64,000 nucleotides of DNA from Macrostomum lignano. Its lineage: Eukaryota. Below the pieces are notes generated by a model, which was not told the origin of the DNA, made no database searches, and saw nothing but the letters and a program-made list of their open reading frames with translations. This document shows, one piece after another, positions 23,580 to 33,537 of this stretch. The position numbers and the translations under genes are program-made. The stretch covers positions 1 to 64,000 of the forward strand of contig NIVC01001148.1 in NCBI GenBank assembly GCA_002269645.1. The letters run 5' to 3'. Each line of letters opens with the position of its first letter. The stretch's first letter is position 1.

Positions 23580-25925
23580 GACTGCCATTGTTAAGGCACG
23601 ACACAACGGTGAAGTTTCAGATTCAACGTCTTGAGTGAATCCAACCAGCGGGTCCATTTTGCTGCCATCTCATTCGGAAGATCATCGTCCCACGGGACTT
23701 TCTGCTTGCAAAGCTGTTGAAACCAGGCTTTGACCAGCGTCACTGCCGGTGTTAGAAACCCAAGTGGGTCAAACAGCTTTGACAAAAGTGGAAGCATATC
23801 ATTCTCTTAGAGTACCACTGACCTGCGATGGAAATCAAGCACTGCAGCGAACTCAGCCGAAAAATGTCTTCATCCGGGTATCAAGCAAGGCCAAGAACTT
23901 TCTTTGTTTTACCGACATCCGCTACAGGAAGCGACTTCATGAAATCCTTGGAATTTGACTGCCACTCCGCATGTTCATGCCTGCTTCCGCAAAAATTCGC
24001 TTCGTCTGCTGAGCGTACAACTTACCGACTTCTTCATCCGAATCGCAACAAGTGACTAAATTGTCCACGTACAGGCTAGTCTTCAAAATGTTTACAACTG
24101 CCGCAGCATCGTCTTGATGCAGTTCAAGGTGTCGCAATATGGTAGCTCGTAAAATCGCCGGTGAACAAGTTAGGCCAAAAGGTACTCGACAGAATCTATA
24201 ATGTACGACTTTGTAGGGCTCGTCGTAGAGCCTAGGCTTCATCTCTGTCCACAAGAACCGAAGAGTGTCTCGATCACGCGAGTCAATACCGATTTGAAGG
24301 AATGCTTTTTCAATGTCTGCGAGTACAGCTACCGACTTGAAGCGAAAGCGAAGAAGAATCTGGGGAATTAGTGGAAAACACGTACGTGTAGGCCCCGTCA
24401 GAAGAAAGTTGTTGATAGAGAAGTCTGTGCTGTCCGTCTTTGCTGATCTGTCAAAAACCATGCGTAGCTTCGTGTGTTCGCTATTCTTTTTCGTGACGCA
24501 GCTGTGGGGTAGATAATGAATGATATTTGGCGACTGGTCGCTGCCGTCGACTGGAACTTTCTCGATGATGCCGAGCTCTTCTTGTTCGGTAAGAATAGCA
24601 TCACACTGCGCTAGCTGTGCTGGATACGCTGAAGATGCCGAATGCTCGCCTTTAGCCGAGTTGCCGCTAAATCGAAATGGTCACGCAGGTTAATCGTCTC
24701 CTTGGAGAAACGCCGAGGCAACTGCACAGAATATCGTCCATCATGCACCTGCGGGTTGCAAGGAAAGACGTCGGACGAAACAGGATGTGGGTCATCTAGA
24801 ATCCCGATTGAGTCTAACCTCCAAAGAGAAGTGAATCGTCATTTAAGGACTTCGAGGCAGATATTTGGCCTTCGACAAAGCAGCAAACTGCTGCTGTATT
24901 CGCGAAGTTGACCTCCTGGACACTTTAACTCCGGTGATCGTTCCAATCGCACTTCGAGATACTAAGCGTCAATGGTCCGCAGAGCACATAACCAAGCTTA
25001 GAAGAAATCGCAAAGGGACCATGGGATCCACGAATCTTGTGACGTTGCCAGTTTCAGTAGCCCCGCCAAGGGCCGTTTTGACATGCGGTACCAATCTTTA
25101 AATATTACCAGTTCCGTATTCTCACGTTTACTGTAAGTAGTGCCCTAAGAATTTTATTCAACTGCGTACAATTGTAAACCCTGCGTACAGCGCGCGATCA
25201 ATAATTTTTGTTCTTGTTTTTCTCAGTCAGCCATTCAGCCAATAGAAATACGCCGCATTAATTATACTAATTTCTCTCGCGCGCCACCCCCCAGCCCGGT
25301 CCTTATCAGTTCTGTCTGGCCGTGCGCTCGGGGCCTTTTCTTCCCCTTCGTCTCTCGCTCCGCCTTTAGCCCCGCCTCTCGCTCCGGGCGCTCCTGTCTG
25401 CCCTACTGTTTAGACTTTAACTCCGCCGCCACCCCGTCTGGGGCCTTCGTCTGTTAAACTACGTTAGCCTCTCGCACCCTTGCGAGCCTGTGTAGCTTGT
25501 AGGCTCTGACTGCCTTTGTTTAGTCATTTGCCTTCTCTCCGCCACAGTTCTAGCCACGCCACTTCTACTGCTTAAGCTAATTATTCTATTGTTGCGTAGC
25601 CGCCAGCGCATTGTTAATGAAAGTTCAAGACGTAACAATAAACCAAATCTGCAGCCAACGTTAGTAATAACGCTGAACCAATTTACTGTCAAGTGCTACC
25701 GCTACAATTCCGCCTCTACCACATTTATTTGTCTTCGTTCGCTCTCGAGGCCACCACGACAATATCGTCGCAGTCTGTCCGTCGCGTGGGTCATACGGAT
25801 CGGCAAGATCCAAGCCGGATAGATGTTCGAATTCATTGACCCTCACAGATCGCTGTGGTTGACAAATGGTCTCTAGTTTGCGCAACGAAAACCTTACACA
25901 GCCTGATTGAATGTACCTGTGTTGA
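23580..25925 (-). mobile_element. BEL/Pao LTR retrotransposon pol fragment (end of protease region, RT, start of RNase H), degenerate
   Basis: ICQPQ..EHLSGLDLADP; EQEELGIIEKVP..HYLPH..TKLRMVFD..NNFLLTGP..LLRFR..ADIEKAFLQI..LRFLW..RVPFGLTCSP..LYVDN; SKLFDPLGFLTP..FQQL..WDD. Confidence 0.9.
25132..25723 (+). mobile_element. Probable solo LTR (about 592 bp) inserted into the BEL fragment
   Basis: TGTAAGTAG...CTACCACA termini; flanks TTTAC/TTTAT (5-bp TSD with one C>T); AATAAA at about 25637; the BEL reading frame stops and resumes at these borders. Confidence 0.55.
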
Positions 25926-26119
25926 GGCCAGAGAAGGTTGTCCTCTCTGCTCTCCTCTCTCATCACTCCTCTTTCTTCTCTTCTCTCTGCTCTTCTCTCT
26001 CTTCTCTCTCCACTCTCCATTCGATCTCCTCCTTCATCTCACCTCTCATCTCTCCTTTCTCCTCTTCACGAGCGTACTCTGTCCTCTCTGCTCTCCTCTC
26101 TCATCACTCCTCTTGCAGA

Positions 26120-27404
26120 GCAGAGAGAAGAGAGGAAAGAGCTGGGGAGTGATGAGAGAGGAGAGCAGAGAGGACAGGAGTAATGAGAGAGGAGAGCAGA
26201 GAGGACAGAGGAGTGATGAGAGAGGAGAGCAAAGAGGACAGAGTACGCTAGTAAAGAGGAGAAAGGAGAGATGAGAGGTGAGATGAAGGAGGAGATCGAG
26301 AGGAGAGTGAAGAGAGAAGAGAGGAGAGAAGAAATGGAATGAGAGGAGCCATAAGAGGGGAAAGAAAATAGTATAGAGGAGAGAGTTGAGAACATATAAG
26401 AGAGTAAAAATGACAGAAGAGAGAGGGGAGATGATCGAGAGAGCAGACATGATAGTGAACATACGACAGATGGTAGAATAGAGAGAACAGAGGAGAGAGA
26501 AGTGATAAGAGAGAAGATATTACAGAGACGAGAGGAGAGAGGATAAAAAAAAGAAATATGTGAGAGCAGAGGAGAAGAGAGTCTGGGAGAGAGAAGTGGA
26601 ATGAGGGGAGAGAATCAAGAGCACAGAGGAGAGAGGAGAAAGGGAGAGACAGGAGAGAGGAGAGGAAAGAGAAGAATGGAGAGGGGAGAGTAGAAAGGAG
26701 ATGAGAGATGAGAGAGCAGAGAACAGAGAGATGAGAGGTGATAAAAGAGAGAGAGAGAGGAGAGAGAAGAGATGAGAGTAGAGGAGGGAGTTGAGAGGAG
26801 AGAGGAGAGATGAAAAAGGAGAGTACAGATCAGATATGAGAGAAGATGAGACAGGAAAGAGTAGATAGGACAGAGGATCGAGACAAGAGAGGAGAGAGTA
26901 TCGAGACAAGCGAGGAGAGAGTAAAGAGATGATAGGAGAGATGAGAAACGAGAGCAGAGAGTAGAGAGGGGAGATCGGAGAGAGGAGAGAAGAGGGAAGT
27001 GTTGAGAGAGAGGGGAGAGTGATAAGTGAGAAGAGGGGAGAGAGAGAAAGGAGAGAGAAAAGAAGAGAAGAGTTGAGAGAAGAGACGAGAGATAAGAGGG
27101 GAAACAGTAGAGAAGATAGAAGTTTCAAAGGATCCAAGGGACGTAGGGAGGGGCAGGGGCAGAGGCCAGAGTTTGCCAATACATGCTTTAGACAGACATT
27201 GCCTGAAATTCTGTTCTGCGCAGCACCCCAGCCAAGAAGATCAATGCTTGCCTAAAATCCTAAATTTACACGAATCTACTCCATTTTATTTTTACCTTTA
27301 TTCTAGTCATTAACAAGTTTTTGTTGGAGTATGACTTCAGATTTTAGAATACAAGCAAAAGTATAGTTCCAGGGATTGGAATTCCCCGGGTTTCAACAGC
27401 TTGT
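26120..27404 (-). mobile_element. CT-rich HINE-like element, copy 3, 3'-truncated, reverse orientation
   Basis: GGGGTTTCAACAGCTTGT at 27388-27404 is the reverse complement of the copy 1/2 start; 27120-27400 matches their first about 280 bp and is followed by a GA-rich core. Confidence 0.75.
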
Positions 27405-27942
27405 TCATTATAATTAAATACGAGCACCTTTAAAAATCTCGCTGTGCGTAGTCTGATGGACTTGAAATTTCACACAGGCGTTTGTTTTGTGTGTAATAAT
27501 TTTTCTGTAAATTTTCATGCAAATCCGAGCTGTACAAGTTAGTTTATTTTGCTGCTTTTGTTAGAAATTAAATATCAATACGAATATCTATATGGGGAAA
27601 CAGATACGTGATAGCTATTGCATAGCTCTGGTGACTATAGTACTGTGCATTTTTTACATTTGATACATAGTGTTATTGCATAAGCATCTCAAAAAAACTT
27701 TGCTAACTCTGCATCTGCATGCTTTGCATAGGGCCTATGGTACTTTTTCTCTTGATTTAGATTCTTTTCTATTTTTTAGAGACCACCAGAAATTTAAAAC
27801 AAGTGAACAAATAATAGTTTAAAATATATTAGTTGCTAAAAAAATTGTTATAGTCAATTCAGCTTGCCACTTATCATATCTGGCATATCAACATGAGGCC
27901 TGAGGGTAGGCCTATTACTTAAACATTCTAACACCTGCCAGT

Positions 27943-29034
27943 TTGGCAGTGCTTATCCCCACGGTACCGTAGGAATAATTTCTGTCTTATTCTAACGGTA
28001 CCGTGCGAATAATTTTCTGCTTATCCGCACGGCACACTGAGGAAATAGCTGCCCTATCTTCTACATATGCCGTGCGAATAATTTTCTGCTTATCCGCACG
28101 GCACGCAATTTAAATCATTTGTTACTACACAAAAAAATTCTTTCTCATAGTAAAGTCGTTAAATCTTTATTTCTTTAGAACAAATGTTCAAGCCAAGTTA
28201 TGTTGTTATACTGCACTCAAATCGTATGTACTAAATAAAGGTAAATATCAACATGAAGTATTATTTGAGTTGCCGATGCATTTCGTCCATTTGCAGTGGC
28301 GCAACCAGGGGGGGGCGGGGAGGGCGGTCGCCCCCCCCCCTTAGGCGGGGGACCGAAAAAAAATCAAAGGGGGGACCAAGCGAATTTTCGCCAAAAACAG
28401 AGCCACCCCTCCGCCGCCCCCCCCTCCCGGGACTTTACCCTCAGAATCCGCCCCCCCTTGAAAAATTTCTGGTTGCGCTACTGTCCATTTGCATTAGGAC
28501 ATCGTCAGAGTCTTTTTATTGAGAAACAATTTGAACGAATATTCAGTATATATAGATAGTTGAGAGTAACAAGAGTAGTTGAATTGAGTTTTTAATTGAT
28601 GGTTTAAAACTTGTACATAGTAATCAATTTTTGATACAGTATTGGTTGGGTAAAGTGCATATCAGTTTCAAGCCAGTCCGGTCATTGACAAATCAGCTAA
28701 AAAATTCTGAGTTGACGGCTAGCCCCACCCATCGCAAGTTGGTTATTTAACGTGGGCTGTTTGGTCTTAATGTACAGGGCTTCTAATAGGCTAAACTAAA
28801 CTTCCCACAGTTTAGTATGTACTAAACTTCCCACACGGCATATGTAGAAGATAGGGCAGCTATCTCCTCAGTGTGCCGTGCAGATAAGCAGAAAATTATT
28901 CGCATGGCATATGTAGAAGATAGGGCAGCTATCTCGTCAGTGTGCCGTGCGGATAAGCAGAAAATTATTCGCACGGTACCGTTGGAATAAGACAGAAATT
29001 ATTCCTACGGTACCGTGGGGATAAGCACTGCCAA
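27943..29034. mobile_element. Foldback DNA element (about 1.09 kb) with long TIRs built from tandem subrepeats
   Basis: TTGGCAGTGCTTATCCCCACGGTACCGTAGGAATAATTTCTG at the left and its reverse complement ending at 29034; internal repeats GCCGTGCGAATAATTTTCTGCTTATCCGCACGGCAC on both arms. Confidence 0.8.
28294..28483. mobile_element. 190-bp GC-rich hAT-type MITE with 8-bp TSD TCCATTTG
   Basis: TIR CAGTGGCGCAACCAG / CTGGTTGCGCTACTG; TCCATTTG at 28286-28293 and 28484-28491. Confidence 0.85.
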
Positions 29035-32000
29035 CAAGTTTTATTCCTGCTATTTTCTACTTACAAGCTAGAATAGAAAGAATTTCTAACACACTAGTTA
29101 TTGGCATCTAAGGGCCCTATTATAATATAAGTGTAAGTCTATAAGGCTCATATCTCTGAATTTTCTCTATACTTTTAATTATTAAGACAGTTGACTAAAT
29201 GACCATCACCCAGCCTACCCATATTTTATAGTCAAGCAAGCAAACTGGTTTAGTTGACAAAATGATGAGCAATGCATAGTTTGAGCAGGGCAGGGTTATC
29301 ACTTGAGTAATTTTCTTTGTCCTATTATTAGGTAACCATATTATACTTACCCTTCCCCTAAAGCAAAGCATGTCAATTGTATCATGGATTTGCATGTTGC
29401 TCTTTTTATTTTTCCTTTAGATAAGAGGAAACTAGGGGGGCCTAGTTTTTCCACTGCAAGATAGTATTTTTCTAGTGCTTAACTCATAAATATTGGGTAG
29501 GCCCTAATAATGTGAGTAGATAATTTTATCTAGGATACATCTTCATAACATTTGAATTTGTTAACCATAGTCAGGAAGGTGGCATATGTACGCTGGAATG
29601 AAATTCGGGCAGGGCTACCTATGTACACCAAATGTAACTATATGTACGCCAAATATAGGTGTACCGTAATGCATGCCAAATATTGCATATTTTTTGCATT
29701 TTACAGTATATATTATATATTTACCGTACATATACACGCATTATCATTTACACAATCTCAGTTATTGCTAGTCATGCAGTGATAGATGTACATTTTAACT
29801 GTACATTTTATACATGTACAACTCAATATGTGGTTTTCGCATTAAAAAAAAAATTTGCATCTAAAAGTGGCAATGAGGGATTCTACTTATTTAGTGGCTG
29901 AAAATAAATGAACTTCTGCTAAACATATATGTATTTTGTTTTGCATGTGCAGTAAATTGAAAGTAGAAAAGTGAGTGTCAGTTGTACTAAACTTTGTTTT
30001 TCTGAATTTCAATTTCGGAAAATTTCGATTTCAAGTTCAGAAAAAAACAAATTTCGATTTTACTTTCGATTTTGATAGAAAATTTGCTTTCGGAACATCT
30101 TTACACATCATGCTATATATTTGCAGCATACATGGCATATGTTGAATGTACATCAACTGTTGCAAGGCAGACCAAATGTACGCCAAATGTACACTGAATA
30201 TCTTTGGCTTTGCCAATGCACGCTGGAATTTTTGACAAAAAAGGCCACCTTCCTGACTATGGAATTTGTATATTGATATATTAGGAATTCTTAAAATAGT
30301 ATCAGTTTTGCATATACAAAGCATAAAAATATTCTATAGTCAAAATATTATGACAGCATAGGGGCAGGCCTTTAAGGAAGATATAAATAAAATTGAAAAA
30401 TTAGTTGGCTACCAATACTAGAATTAAAGTTGTATCATTGTTTACTTTTCTGATTTTAAACATATGGCTAGACAATCAGCCATAGTCTCGAGTATGCATT
30501 GTGCATATGGGAAAACTTCTTGGCCATGCATGCTGCACACGGAGGGGGGGAGCTGGGGAGGCCAGGAGGGTAGGTCTGCGCCATATGCCAATGGACTAAG
30601 AGGGGTCTGCAGTCTGCACCACACATGGATAGACTGGGGGGTGACTTTGATAAATATATAAACAAATACCTTTTAGGCTTTATAGCGTGTCATAGTCACA
30701 GCATGACATTTCACAAGTCATCGTCTATGGTGGCTTCCTGGTTGGACTTAGACTCAGGCTTAGGCTTAGGCTCCAGCACTGGGGGGTGGCCAACAGATGA
30801 TCAGTAAATTTAGTAAATTTAGTAGTAAACTTATCCATTTGGACCACTTAGTGCTCTCCTCTCTGGTTTCTTAGACTTTTTGTCTATCAAAAAATTAAAC
30901 AAACTAATTTAAACTACATTAAACAAAATATTAAATATAACTAATATGACTAAATGCTTTCTAGTAACACAAAAGAACAGTATTTTGTCTAAAGTAAACA
31001 ATAAAACCTACAAAATTTTAAAATGCTTGTATCTCTTCCATTTTAAAACACATTTTCTGCTAGCTAGTTTTCATTTTTTTATTTTCTTGTCATTGTTATT
31101 ATTACTTTTTGAACTTTGAAATGTTGTGTAGCATGTGCATTGTGCGGTGCATACCATGCATGCTGTGCACATTGGGCAGGCATGCTATGCACGCCATGCA
31201 CACAGTGCACATTGTGCAGGCATGCGGTGCATGCCATGCACATGGCATGTGCCAGTCCTAGACCCAGTTATGCATAGGAATAACCCCCACAGAACAACAT
31301 ACTTAGGAATAATGGGCTTATTGATGATCAGTGGTCTCAAGTTAGATTATGCCATCTGCAAAGGTACAAATGGCTTTTGAGTTAATGAACATAAGTTACC
31401 CTGCATAGTATAACAATAATGATAGCAAACATTCAGGCTAGGCCTACTAAATTTCAACTAGGATATCTCTACTTAGTACCTTGTAGACTATCCCATGCAG
31501 CTTAGAAGTCTAAACACTGTGGTCAAAATTGACAAAAGTAAGTTTTTCATTGGAAATAGCATATTAGTCAATACTAAAAGGGTCACTAGGTCCTTGGCAT
31601 GGTAGAGTCAGGTTCTAACTGCTATGCCATTGTCATCAAACTGCTAGCCTAATATGTTGCTATCTATTATCTAACAATATGCCCAACTAGGGACAAGAAT
31701 AATAATGAATAGTTGGCTGGCCTATAAATAGTTGCTAAACCATGCATTTGTCAATCACTCACTCAACTTTATGACAAATCATATTGAAGGTATGTGGGCT
31801 TATTCTAAAGCCATGTTTGAGCAAATGCATGGTATATCTAAAGGATTATTTCAATCATATTTGCAAGAATATCTCTGGAGGTAGCTATTCCCATAGAAAG
31901 TTTTTGGCAACTTCCTTTTCTGGGTTGCACATTATTACCTTATTTAACTTACTAGTACCCTCATGTTGCAATGTGGCAATTGACTATAACAAATAATTTA

Positions 32001-32668
32001 GCTGCTAGTATATGTTAAACTATTAATATAAAAACTTTGTTTTATATTTTTGGACTCTAAAATAAAAGGGAATCAAATTCAAGCAAAGAATAATTCAACA
32101 AACAATTCTATTGTATAGTTAGGGGGTATTATATTTAAAAGATACCATTTCTAAATTTATTATTTATACTTTCTATTTTTCAAATTCCTAAATTTAAAAT
32201 TGAATTTTCAAATTCTATTACTAGCAATTTAAAGTTATAGAAAGCAGTATAAACTTTCTTTTTTGTCTTTTTCAACTTATTGTAACCTCACATAAAAAAC
32301 CCAATCATAAATAGAGGGGCCTAGGGCTAAAGACAAAGTTCATCAATTATCAATTTGATTAAGAGTAAGACTAAAGGTGCATAAGATAATAGGATATAAT
32401 AAGTACTAGTAAATTATGAGTTTCTAAATACAAATAAAAAATGTACACTAGAATCTTCCCTTGAAATAAAGGAAACTTTCTAGACTATGACCTATTATAT
32501 AATGTAAGATGGTTTGCTTAGTTGATTGCGTGTGCGCACGTTCACTAGCTCTTATGTACATTTGCTCGCTGTACAATGATAATATATAAGTGAATGCCTT
32601 GGCGCCCTGGGCAGCCAAGAGTCGGTCTACGCCTTAAGCCAATTTCTCGTTTTCGCTTGTTCTTACAT

Positions 32669-32680
32669 TGGTGGCAGCGG
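32669..32680 (+). promoter_or_regulatory. Primer-binding site, probably tRNA-Leu
   Basis: TGGTGGCAGCGG just 3' of the 5' LTR is complementary to ...CCGCTGCCACCA, the 3' end of animal tRNA-Leu(AAG/UAG) as recalled, not searched. Confidence 0.7.
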
Positions 32681-32685
32681 CGGCT

Positions 32686-33527
32686 ATGACTGAAAATGAA
32701 GGCAGTGCAGAGAGCCCTACAGTGGCGGTGACTCAGCCCCAAGCTAGTTTTGTAAACATGTTTTTGCGGCCGCCTCAATACCAGCATGGACAAGACTTTG
32801 AACTTTGCTGGCACGATTCAACAATTTCGCATCATCTCTTCCTGTGGATCAGCGCAAGAATGCTCTGCTGTCATTCCTCGACAACAAATCATATCAAGCG
32901 GCCAGCAATTTGGATGCTGCCCTGTCCTACGACGACTTTGAGAAGGCTCTGAAAAATCGATTTCGGCCATCAACATCCTCTGCTGAGCTGCAGGCGCAGT
33001 TCTTCAATCTGACTCAAAAGGACGGTCAGTCGGTTGCAGACTATTCCGATGCCCTGATCGTTGCGGCAAAGCGTGCGTTCCCGAGTCTGATGGAGACGAA
33101 AGCAGGTGCCGAGCAGGAGACGTCGGTGACAGCGAAGGACGAGCTTCTCAAAGGTCGGTTTCTATCCGGATTGAGGGACCCAGCTGTGCGAATGCAGACG
33201 CAGATGCAGCCAAAGGCGACATTCGCTGATACAGTTGAAACAGCGCGATTCGTGGAATCGATACAGTCGCAAGGAGGCACTGCTACGGCTCTAGCTGCTG
33301 AGGTTCCCGAAGCCTTTGCAGTCGGAATTCAACGGTCCCTGAAGGAGCTGTACAACAAGCTCAGCCGCTGGGAGTCAAAGGACCAGGATCATCGTCAGAG
33401 CGGCGACAGACGCAGAGTTGTGACATGCTGGAAGTGCGGTAAGCCGGGCCATGTTCAAAGATTTTGCACTCAGAAGTCGGGAAACTTCGATGGAGCGGCG
33501 ACCGCCGGGGTGCCGTTCCGCAAGTGA
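32686..33527 (+). CDS. Gypsy gag (one apparent frameshift near 32800) with CCHC knuckle
   Basis: MTENEG..FLRPPQYQHGQDFELCW / LARFNNFA..ALKNRF..FLSGLRD..CWKCGKPGHVQRFC. Confidence 0.88.
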
Positions 33528-33537
33528 GAATCCCGGC
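33479..33537 (+). promoter_or_regulatory. Programmed -1 ribosomal frameshift signal: G_GGA_AAC slippery site plus H-type pseudoknot
   Basis: GGGAAAC at 33479-85 is in the gag frame and pol is in the -1 frame. 6-nt spacer; S1 GGAGCGGC 33492-99/GCCGTTCC 33512-19; S2 GCCGGG 33504-09/CCCGGC 33532-37. Confidence 0.8.

Larger units (their letters stand above)
23382..27591. mobile_element. Long-inverted-repeat DNA element (arms about 23382-23570 and 27412-27591) enclosing a BEL fragment and a HINE copy
   Basis: ATAGAT(C/A)TTCGTATTGATATTTAATTTCTAACAAAAGCAGC..CCATCAGACTACGCA..TTTTAAAGGTGCTCGTATTTA on the left matches the reverse complement of the right arm over about 190 bp. Confidence 0.7.
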
